DNA of 55,625 bases, from positions 62,001 to 117,625 of the forward strand of contig CAUYUJ010000146.1 in NCBI GenBank assembly GCA_963575745.1. Reading direction: 5' to 3'. Shown one piece after another: positions 1 through 9,672 of the stretch (its first letter is position 1; the number at the start of each line of letters is the position of its first letter). Under the pieces are notes generated by a model that was given only the letters and a program-made list of their open reading frames with translations, was not told where the DNA came from and did not search any database. The position numbers and the translations under genes are program-made. Source of the stretch: Prorocentrum cordatum (Eukaryota).

Positions 1-187
1 TCCGAAAAGCCCTCTTCTCGCCGACGCGGCATCGTCCCGTCCTTGTGTCGGGTTTCCTATTCCTCTTCTCGCCGATGCGGCATCGCCCGATCCTTGCGTC
101 AAGCTTCCTAACCTTCATGGCTGGCGATCTCGAACCCAAACGGCACGGCAGAGATCGGGGGCGGGACAAAGAACTGACACATGGAGC

Positions 188-393
188 GGGACCGGGACCG
201 GGAGCCCGGGACCGGGACCAGCACCGACACCGGGACCGGGACCGGGTCCAGCACCCCCGTTCCCGGTCCCGGTCCCGGCCCCGGTCCCGGTCCCGGTCCC
301 GTGGTCGGTTCTGCTGCTCGTCCAGGGCTCCCCGTCCCTGTCCCGCTCCCGGTCCCGGTCCCGCTCTCCCCCAGGTCCCGGTCCCGGTCCCGG
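188..393. repeat. Hexamer arrays in inverted orientation: (GGGACC)n then (GGTCCC)n
   Basis: GGGACC units at ~188-250 are followed by GGTCCC units at ~260-393, so the arrays could fold back on each other. Confidence 0.8.
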
Positions 394-644
394 TGTCGGT
401 CCTGGCCCCTGCAGGACCCCTCCTCCTCCTCCTCCTCTTGCTCGCCCTCCTTTCCCCCCCAGCAAAAAGCAAACGACGACGACGAGCACGGCGACAACGA
501 CCACGATTTCTTCAGCCGCTCAATGCGAGCGCCTGCCTCCTCGCGCGCGCGCGCGCCGAGCCCGCGCCTCAGATCTCTTATGATAACCCCCGCTGCTGCG
601 GAGACCGCCCCCGCTGCTGCGGAGGTCTCCGCAGCCGCGCGCCG

Positions 645-2994
645 TCAGCTGGAGTCGCTTGAAGGGCTGCGGCGCCGCGACAATGCCTCGAACGCGTCAC
701 TGTTGAACGCAAACGTGTCCGCAGGAAGCGGCGACTCCCTGGAAAGGAGCTGCGGCGGGGGAGGCTGCGGCGGCGGCCTCGGGACGAGCGGCGCTGCCAG
801 AGGGCGGGGCGTCTGCGACTCTCTTGGCAGGAGCCGCTTTGGCGGAGGGTGCGGCGGCTGGCTCGGGACGAGCCGCGGTGGCGCAGGGTGCGGTGTCTCC
901 TCCAGCGGGGGGGCCCCGCGGCGTCCTCCTCCACGCGGGGGAGATGGCGGTGGTGGTGGCATCATTGGCGGCATGCCTGGCGGACGGCATATCTGGCCTG
1001 GGAGGAGCGGGCGCCATGCCCTCGGCCTCAGCATCGCCTGGCCTGTGTGGGGTGGGTGCGCGGGCGGCGTGGGCAGGAACCGCCCTGCCCACGCCGCCCT
1101 GCGGTCGCCGCCCTCCACCTGCCCACTGCGTCTGGAGCGGCTGCGCCCCCTCTGCTCCTGCCCTCTGCGTCTGGAGCGGCTGCGCTCCCGCTGCTGCGAG
1201 GGCACTCTCCTCATTCGGTCTTTGCTCCTCTGCTCCCGCTTTCTGCGTGTGGAACGGCTGCCCCCCCGCTGCTGCGAGGGCTTCGCCCTCTTTGGGGTTC
1301 TGCTCCTGATATCTTTCTTCTTGTTTTTCTTCTTCTTCTTCTTCTTGTTTTTCTTCATCTTCTCCTTCTCCTTCTTCTCCTCCCTCTCACCTCTGTCAGG
1401 GTTGCTCTGTTCGTCCTGGGGCGGCGTGGGGCTGCAGAGGCCGACGGCGTCGCGCCCGTCGCCCTCAAGCTCCTCCTGGGCTCCGTGCGCCCCCGCTGCT
1501 GCGGAGGCTGCTGCTTCAGATTCTGTCTCCGCCTCCTCCTGGTCTCCGTGCGCCTCCGCTGCTGCTGAGGCTGTTGCTTCGGGTTCTGTCTCCGCCCACT
1601 CTCCCCGCTGTTTTTTCCCACTTGGCTTCCCGCTTCCGATCCTTCTTCCTGGCCGCGGCGCCTTTGCCAGACTTCCTGTTCTTGGCTTCTATAAAAACGA
1701 ACAATGTGTGGCAATGTTCCGTGAGGCGGTTCGCATCCTGGGCCTTGTGGATCACCCTGTGCAAGTGCGGCCAGTCATATGCATCCTGCTCCTTGCGCTC
1801 CGCGTCCGTGAGCCTGACCCAGGTCGGACGCGCCACCCAATCCAACTGGCGGTACTGCAGGCTGGTGAGGAGCCCCCAATGCTGCGGAGGCTGGGAAACC
1901 TGATTCAACCAGTGCGGCAGATCAGGCTGCCCGCCCGCAGGGCACTCGCGAACCTGAGCGGGGCCAAGAATCACGATGTAGTGCGGGTGCGTCACGTGAT
2001 AACCTTTTGTCGGACACCACAAAGCCAAGCCGAGTACGCCTGTACCAGACGCGCCGCAACTTCTGAGCAGCTCCGAAAGATCCTCCCTGTCTGCGTCAAA
2101 GATCCCAGCGAGAATACGCACTCGGTGCCACAACGCCAGGTTCCGCAGCCCGTTGCGGAAGTTTTCGGGCCACGGGTGCCCCGCGAGGCTCGTCTGGTGT
2201 CGGAAGAACACGCCCCCCACTGCTATGGAGAGTTTGCCTTCCTTTGCTTTCGGATTGTGAGCCACCGCTGCCAGGGTCACCGACCAGGCCTGAACCAGGA
2301 ACCTCCCGTGGCAGTGCCAGCGAAGCACCTCGCACTGCTCGACGCGCTCGGGAACCCAGAGGAGAGCCCCGACGCACTCGCGCGCGACCTCCCCGTGGAA
2401 GCCACTTTGGCGGATGAGATCGTCGAGATGTTGCTTCCGCCGATCGCGATTGATGCGTGCACCAGGCTCGAAGGAGACTAAGACGACCCCTTCGCGCCTG
2501 TCCCTGACAGCTGCGACCCAATCCGACAGGGGGGCGCCCGCGCGCAGGACGAGGGAAGCGAAAGCCAGATTCACGCGCGCCTCTGTCTGCCCCTCCTGCA
2601 CCTGGTCTTCGTCGTCGTACAGCAGGGGCACAAGAGGCTTGGAATGGCTCGGGCCGCGCTCTTCCGATGGGAAGTGCGGGCGGCCTTCCTCTGGGAAGCC
2701 CTCATGGACAGGAAGCGCTGGCGACCGAGCCTTCGAGGTCAAGGCGAGAGTCTTGATCACGCGGGCCCCCGCTGCTGCGGAGGAGCTTTCACGCAGATTG
2801 CGCGCTGCGATCAGAGCCTGCCGTTGTCGCCAATTAGTCGTGCAGGGAGATCTCGGTCTCGGGTCATCGGAGCCACCCTGTCCAGGCTCGATTACCACTG
2901 TGGCGGCGCCTGGCTCCACGGATGCCCCCGCTGCTGCGGACAAAAAAAAAGAAAAAAAAACAAAAAAGAAAAACAAGAAAAAAAAAAAAAAAAA

Positions 2995-3037
<43 letters not shown>

Positions 3038-3162
3038 AAAAAAAAAAAAAAAAAAAAAAATAAAAAAAAAAAAAAAACACAACAATGAGAAAAAAAAAAA
3101 AATAAAACAAAAAAAACAAAAAAAAAATATAAACAAAAAAAAAAAAACAAAACAAAAATAAG

Positions 3163-3202
<40 letters not shown>

Positions 3203-3603
3203 AAATAAAAAAAAAAGAGCGCCTCCTTAGCCGTTATGACTACAAGGCGGTTGGCGGCGGCCGTTAACTTCCGCGCCTCTTCGATCCGGCCATTCTCCAT
3301 CATTTCCTGAGCAACCAGCAGGCTCTGCGAAACGCTTTCCTGGGCACCAGACATCAACGAAAACAATGACCGAAGTTTCGTTGCAACCTCCCCCCCCGCT
3401 GCTGCGGAGGCCGGTGCTGGATCTGCCATTCCATGCGGAACTGCATCAGGGGCCTCCTCTGGCAGCCCCCGCTGCTGCGGAGACTTCGGCAGAGGTTCCT
3501 GCGCGGCTCCAGTCGCGCCAGGCTGCTCCATGCCCTGGGCCGCCCCCGTCGCGGAGGCGGGCGGGCGCGGCGGGGGGCGGACCTGCAACGGCTGCGGATT
3601 CAC
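645..3603 (-). pseudogene. Intronless gene of unknown function (cassette gene 1): globular core plus Lys/Arg/Ser- and Pro-rich tail; probable frameshift and A-rich insert
   Basis: ORF 1516..3603 has a globular-looking core (LYDDEDQV...HCHTLFVFIEAK). A shift in the T6 run at 1611-1616 joins it to the frame of ORF 645..1358 (KQRGEWAETEPEA...KKNKKK...RSRSRR...PPMMPPPP). An A-rich tract at 2941-3216 interrupts it without breaking frame. Start codon uncertain. Confidence 0.55.
2941..3216 (+). repeat. A-rich low-complexity tract
   Basis: About 275 nt of almost pure A with scattered C/G/T. Confidence 0.95.
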
Positions 3604-4493
3604 TTTATCGCAATGCCATCCCTCCCTGCGCTCAAATGACTTTTCCCCTTGCGCCAGTCTGCTGCTCCCACTTCTGAACTACCTCATCCCTTCTACCTCT
3701 GCCTGCTCCCTCCTCTTCCTGTTCAGTCCTCCCTCCTCCCTCCACCGCGCTCATTTCTCCTTGCTCCCTTCTCTGCTCCTCCTACGTGGGGCGTTTCACG
3801 ACAGCGACGACGACGACGACGCCGACGAGAACGATGACCACGACGGCGACAACGAGGGCAACGACGACCACGACGACGACGACGAGGACGATGACCACGA
3901 CGGCTACCAGCGACGACGACTAGCGACGACGACGATCGACGACGACGACGCCGACCACGACGACGACGGCGAGGACGACAACGAGCGACGACGACGACGA
4001 CAATCGACGCCGACGAGGAACGACGACGACGAACGAGGACGACGATTACGACGACGAGATGACGAAGGATCGAAGATCGAACCTCGAAGTGCGAAGCTTC
4101 GAAATTCAAACTTCGATCTTCGAACTCCGAACTTCCAGCTTCTAACTGCGAACGTCGCTGGGGTGCCAGGGATGGACTGGGATGGAGGGAAAATGGGAAG
4201 GAAAAGCGAGGAAGCGGGAGAGGAAGTTGGAGGAGAACGAACAGGCGTGGAGCGACGAGGAACGGGCGGCGAGGAGCCGACGTTGAGGGCGGCGGGATGG
4301 GGGGACAGGGAGGAGAGGGGGACTTCAAAACGAAAATCGCGCCACGGCGCCTGCACGCGCGCCCCCGATCTCGGCGGCCGACGCGCGCGCCCCTGCAGAA
4401 ATGCAACGCGCCCTTCATTCGAGCCCCGCTGCTGCGGAGCCACCTACTCCACAACCAAATCGTCTGGGGAGCTGTTCGGACCCCAAACTACTA
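3448..4493. repeat. ~1-kb direct repeat, copy 1 (intergenic spacer module)
   Basis: Aligns by eye with 5338-6331 from AGGGGCCTCCTCTGGCAG to CCCAAA(A)CTAC. Contains a CT-rich block, (GAC)n, 7-nt TTCGAA-type repeats and a GC-rich block. Confidence 0.95.
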
Positions 4494-5318
4494 GTTCTTC
4501 AGCCACTCGGCTCTTGCGAGTCCGCCCTCATGACAAGGGCAACCTTCACATGGGGACACTCAATGGGGTGTTGATTGAGAACGCCCCATGTGGCTGGTGG
4601 CAGGAACGGACGAGGGGGGGCGGATAGAGGAGCAGGACGAGCACTGGCAGGGGATATGCACCAGGAGAGAGATCTCATGGAGGAAGAGGAGGGGAGGGGA
4701 CGAGAGCCACTCATAATTAAGCGCACGCAGGCCCACGCACGTGCTCCATTTCTCAGCGACCGCCGCGCCGCCATGAGAACTGTCGTACCACCGCCGCTAC
4801 TGCGGCGGATGCGTGACCTCTCCCATCCCTGTCCTGCGCTGTTTCTGCTACCGCCCTCCCCCCTTCCAGCCAAGCTCGGGTTTCATGCTCGGAGACGGGC
4901 GCGGCTGGCGGCTCTTAGTGCGGGTGCGCGTGCTGCCTCCAACTCCTCATCCCCCTCCTCCTCCTCTCCTCATCCCCCCTCCTCTTCCTCCTCATCCTCC
5001 TCTATCGGCCCAGCTCCGATCGCCGCTCAGCTCTCCTGGTGCGGCTGGCGGCAAAAGTACCGAAAATTGCCTGGGGTGTCCTTCGCCGTCTTCTTCGACA
5101 TCTCAAGCATCATCTTGCCCTTCTCCTCGGTACGGCGCGCCTCCTCCATCATCTGCCGCGCCTGGTCGACGAGCATCTGGCCCTTCACTCCAACGGCGCG
5201 TGCATGGCGGCAACGATTGCGGCAACGATTGCGCCGTGGTCGCCCAGTGCCAAACGCTGCCCTCCGTCGCGATGAGCTCGAAGTCATCGACGTCGCACTT
5301 GCCCGCGATGCTCGCCAT
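4491..5318 (-). pseudogene. Degenerate small gene between the two spacer copies (coiled-coil-like segment, Cys-rich end)
   Basis: Fragments MASIAGKCDVDDFELIATEG, GQMLVDQARQMMEEARRTEEKGKMMLEMSKK and CEGCPCHEGGLARAEWLKN-TAG(4491-4493) lie in different frames. Confidence 0.3.
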
Positions 5319-5337
5319 AGCGGCGCAAAAACCGCGA

Positions 5338-6331
5338 AGGGGCCTCCTCTGGCAGTCCCCGCTGCTGCGGAGACTTCGGCAGAGGCTCCTGCGCGGTTCC
5401 GTCGCGGAGGCGGGCGGGCGCGGCGGGAGGCAGACCTGCAACGGCTGCGGCTTCACTTTATCGCATTTCCATCCCTCCCTGCACTCACGTGGCTTTTCCC
5501 ATTGCGCCAGTCTGCTGCTCCCACTTCTGAACTACCTCATCCCTTCTACCTCCATCTGCACCCTCCTCTTCCTGTTCAATCCTCCCTCCTCCCTCCACCG
5601 TGCTCATTTCTCCTTACTCCCTTCTCTGCTCCTCCTACGTGGGGCGTTTCACGACAACGACGACGACGATGACCACGACGGCGACAACGAGGGCGACGAC
5701 GACCACGACGACGACGACGAGGACGATGACCACGACGGCGACCAGCGACGACGACTAGCGACGACGACGACCGACGACGACGACGCCGACCACGACGACG
5801 ACGGCGACGACGACAACGAGCGACGACGACAACGACAATCGACGCCGACGAGGAACGACGACGACGAACGAGGACGACGATTACGACGACGAGATGACGA
5901 AGGTTCGAAGATCGAACCTCGAAGTGCGAAGCTTCGAAATTCAAACTGCGACCTTCGAACTCCGAACTTCAAACTTCGAACTGCGAACTTCGCTGGGGTG
6001 CCAGGGATGCAATGGGATGGAGGGAAAAATGGGAAGGAGAGAACGAGGAAGCGGGAGAGGAAATTGGAGGAGAACGAACAGGCGTGGAGCGACGAGGAAC
6101 GGGCGGCGAGGAGCCGACGTTGAGGGCGGCGGGGTGGGGGGACAGGGAGGAGAGGGAAGACTTCTTAACGAAGATCGCGCCACGGCGCCTGCACGCGCGC
6201 TCCCGATCTCGGCGGCCGACGCGCGCGCCCCTGCAGAAATGCAACGCGCCCTTCATTCGAGCCCCGCTGCTGCTGCGGAGCCATCTACTCCGCAACCAAA
6301 TCGTCTGGTGAGTTATTCGGTCCCAAAACTA
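5338..6331. repeat. ~1-kb direct repeat, copy 2
   Basis: Homologous to 3448-4493 with small indels. Confidence 0.95.
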
Positions 6332-7475
6332 CTGTTTGCCACCCGCTGCTGCGGACGCCGAGGGCCTGGTGCTGGACGCCGCGGCCCCGCTGCTGCGGGG
6401 CCCCTGAGAGGGCGTCGGCCCCCCCTTCTCTCTGGCGGCGTCGAACTTGACCTTGCGCTCCACACCGAGGTCCTTGTGCCAGCGAAAAGTTCCTGACCCG
6501 TCGCTCCCGCCCAAACCCGCGGTTGGTGGCCTCACCGTGTCCGCGTGGGGGGACGAGGGGCAGAGCTTCGACCTTCCTGTCGCCCCAGTGCGGGTGTAAA
6601 CGGACGCCTGTCCCGTCGTCGCGGTGCAACACGAAATCCCACATCGGCAGCTTCACTTTCACCCGCTGCCCCGCGAACTGTCGCGCGCGCACAATACTCT
6701 GACGCATGTGGTCGTAGCTGTTTGGCCGGACTTCGAGGGAACAGCCGATCAGAGCCCCGCTGCTGCGGGGCCCCTCCACGACCTCCCTGATATCTTCCTC
6801 CCTGAGCGTCGCCACCATCTCTTGCCACCGCCAAGGGACTTCCTCGTCGCTTTTGAAACCAAAGCTCGTCCTCGCACCGTGGTCGCAAACAGCGACCATG
6901 GTGGGCTCCGCATTGTCAAACCACTTGGCTTCTCACTCGAACGGGGCAGTTGGGTCTTCATTCAGATGGCGCCACCATTTCAACGCTTGATTGTGTTGCT
7001 GAAACGCCGTGCCGGGCCTCTCTTCATAACTCAAAACATAATTAACATCAAACTTCTCAAAATCCTGGGGCCCGCGCGCCGCCGCCGCTGCGGTGGCGCG
7101 GGGCTCCTGCGCCGCAGGCGCGGCTCGGGATCCCGACCCCTCTCCTGAAACTGTGTTCCCAGGTTCTGGTACGTTTCGGAGGGCAGCCCTCACGAAATTA
7201 TCGAATTCGGGCATGCCGAGACCAGGGGCGCGGGGGCTCACAACGCCAAGCGCGGCGAAGCGAGACGGCCGTTGAGGCGAGACCGCCGCCGCTGCTGCGG
7301 CGGCAGGGCCATCGCGCCATTTGGCGTCCTCCGTTGGCGTGTGCCCGTCTTGTCGCCAGTCTCTCCAACCCCTCGCTGACCAATCATGGCCGTCCTCCCA
7401 GCCACGCCAGCCGCTGCTGCGGCTATCCCACCATCCTCCCGCGCCATCCCATGTGTATCCGCCTGCATCGCCCAT
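6329..7475 (-). pseudogene. Intronless gene of unknown function (cassette gene 3) with an in-frame TGA and one frameshift
   Basis: ATG at 7475 gives MGDAGGYTWDG...QHNQALKWWRHLNEDPTAPFE, then TGA (6933-6935), then continues in frame EAKWFDNAEPTMVAV...PWRWQEMVATL...WDFVLHRDDGTGVRLHPHW. A probable shift near 6545 leads to PPTAGLGGSDGSGTFRWHK and TAG at 6329-6331. Confidence 0.65.
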
Positions 7476-7900
7476 TGCAAGACGATGGCGCAGGCGCGCG
7501 TTAGGCCGCGACGGGCCCAGCTGCACCGGTGCTCGCGGGCGATCCCACGGGCGCGGGATGGTTTGAGCATAGCGGCGACGGACGACGCGACGTGATTGGA
7601 CGGCGGAGAACTTGAAAGGAAGGGGGGTTGGAAACGAATGAACGAAGTGGACGAAGAGCGGAAATCGAACCAGAGGGGGGGCGAAAAAAGAGCGGAAAAG
7701 AATAAGGACATGCAGACGAAGGAGAGTGACGAGGTAGATGGCGGGCCAGAACGGCAACGGAGGATAATGTGGTGGAAATTGTGAAAAGGACGCATGGAAA
7801 AACACGACGAGGATCACAGACGCAAAGATGATGAGCGCAGTGGTAGCATGACATATCCGAAATCAAGAAGCAGGATGACGAGGAACGGGATGACGAGCAA

Positions 7901-8012
7901 CTCTGTCGCAGAGAGCCTCCGAACGCACCCCCTCTGTCACAGAGGGCCTCCGAACGCACCCCCTCTGTCACAGAGGGCCTCCGAAAAACACCCCCTCTGT
8001 CACAGAGGGCCT
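7901..8012. repeat. 3.5 tandem copies of a 30-31 bp unit containing the palindrome CCCTCTGT-C-ACAGAGGG
   Basis: Unit CTCCGAACGCACCCCCTCTGTCACAGAGGGC read directly. Confidence 0.9.
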
Positions 8013-8269
8013 CAATGATCACTTTAATGCGGCTTCTGGATTAGCATGGCCCCATGCATGCACTAGGACCGCATTAAACATAGCACCCTCCAGAAACCCT
8101 AAGATCGCCCTGATCCTCCTCCCCGCCCTCTCTGCACCTCTCATTAATCGCTTCGCTCATTCCGCCAGTCCATATGATTGCCTCGCCGCTGTCGTTTGTC
8201 GGGGTGTCGCTGTCAATGCGGTGCGGTTGGGCGGCTGCCAGTTTTCGGTGGCGGTGGGTGGCGGCTCAG

Positions 8270-8560
8270 AGGCCTCACGGATGTTGGTTGGGCTCGCGCG
8301 GTTGGCCTCTCAGGGGCCTTTGGGAGGCAAGTTTGAGGCCTCTTGTGGGCCGTGTTGGGGCCTCTTGGGGCCTCCTGGGGCCTCTTGGGGCTGAAGGCTG
8401 GACTTTGCGGTTCCTGGTCCCCTTCTTGGGCCCCTCTTGCGGCCGTTTTGGGGCTTTCTTGGGCCGTCTCGGTCGCCTCTTGGGCTGTCTTGGGGCTATC
8501 TTGGGCCGTCTTGGGGCCCTCTTGGAGGCTTCGTGGGCGGTCTTGGGGCGGTCTTGGAAT
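8270..8560 (+). repeat. Degenerate ~11-bp (GGGCCTCTTGG-like) tandem repeat of a dispersed family
   Basis: Same family at ~9860-10090, 10480-10790, 12570-12660, 12980-13620 and 34040-34200, and reverse-complemented at 31620-32235. Confidence 0.8.
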
Positions 8561-8669
8561 CCATGTTTTTCTTTTTGGAACGGCACGGCGTCGACTTCGA
8601 CATGGTGCCGACCTGCTCCGCAAAATGAGGCGTGAAAACAATGGTTGCCTTCAGCGTCCTAAATTAGTA

Positions 8670-8707
8670 CTAGAACCACGCGCGCGCTTCGCGCGCTTAG
8701 GTTCTAG
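8670..8707. mobile_element. Helitron-like terminus: GCGCGC-TTC-GCGCGC hairpin ending in CTAG
   Basis: CTAGAACCACGCGCGCGCTTCGCGCGCTTAGGTTCTAG; related copies at 10405-10433 and 12938-12978. Confidence 0.5.
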
Positions 8708-8754
8708 CAAGTTCTGGTTGTAGTCTCAAGTGTTCGGCGTCGGAGGACACTCAG

Positions 8755-9300
8755 TGTCACACGGATCGTGCAGCTCAGGGAGCTCCACCGATGGCATACA
8801 GGCTTGGCTTAAGAGTCCCCTCCTCCAGTGCTGGTACACCCCTGAAAGGGATCACTCCCCACAGGGACATCCAACTAAGTCCCCAGAGACAAGGCTCGCA
8901 CAGTGGTACGCCCCTCACGCGGATCGTGCCCAGCAAGTAACTGCATGTGCGGCACCAGAGGGGAGCTTCATAGCGTCGCCTGGCTTACTTCGGCACACCT
9001 CTCGCACGGATCGTGGCCCGCAGGGACTTCAACGGACGGTCCCAGAGGCAAGGTTCGCATGCCGCCCCCCGGCACACCTCTCGCACGGGTCGTGGCCCAC
9101 AAGGATCTCCACCCATGGCCCCAGAGGCAGGGTTCGCATTACGCCCCCCCGCCCACCGCGGCACACCCCACCACGCAGATCGCGCACGGAAGGAATGCCA
9201 CCCAAAAGCCCACATACAAAGTTCGTATGGCGCCCCCCCCCTTATGCCGGCACGCCCGTCACGCGAATCATGCCCCAGAAGGAGCTCCACCTATGGTACA
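8755..9300. repeat. Degenerate ~80-bp tandem repeat
   Basis: Recurring CGCACGGATCGTG...CCCAGAGGCAAGGTTCGCA, clearest at 9001 and 9080. Confidence 0.7.
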
Positions 9301-9490
9301 GTCGGCGCGTTGACCTAAGGAACGATACATAAATAAGGAACGAGGCCCCTTTTTCCCATAAGTTAAACTCCGATGTTCCATGGAAAACCTGGGGAGAACC
9401 CAAGGAGCGCTGTAAAACAACTAAAGGAACACGGAGCCCCTCCCAAACGAAAAGGGTTCCTTCTTCAGCGGCCCGACTCCACCGATGGTA

Positions 9491-9672
9491 CTCCAGATTT
9501 CGTAATAAAAGGGAGGGGGGGTCTGGACCCTCCAAGACAAGCCATTTCAGACCTCGCCCGTGGGAGAACCCTCCAAAACATAGTCCCCAGACCCCCCAGG
9601 CCCTCCAAGATAGCCTGGAAGAGACCCCCCCCCCGAAATGAGACCCCCCTCCCTTTATTACGAAATCTGGAG
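9491..9672. mobile_element. MITE with ~30-bp TIR and TA target duplication (Tc1/mariner-type), copy 1
   Basis: TA|CTCCAGATTTCGTAATAAA...TTTATTACGAAATCTGGAG|TA; second copy at 47337-47516. Confidence 0.9.

Noticed and set aside
181..2481. 766-aa plus-strand ORF
   Set aside because: Antisense shadow of the minus-strand gene plus hexamer repeats; no coherent protein features
3448..6331. LTR pair of a retrotransposon
   Set aside because: No TG..CA ends, PBS, TSD or gag/pol between the repeats
6933..6935. Selenocysteine or stop-codon recoding
   Set aside because: The same gene also appears frameshifted and the neighbouring genes are decayed, so simple mutation is more likely
7901..8012. CRISPR-like palindromic repeats
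   Set aside because: The intervening sequences are nearly identical and too short to be spacers
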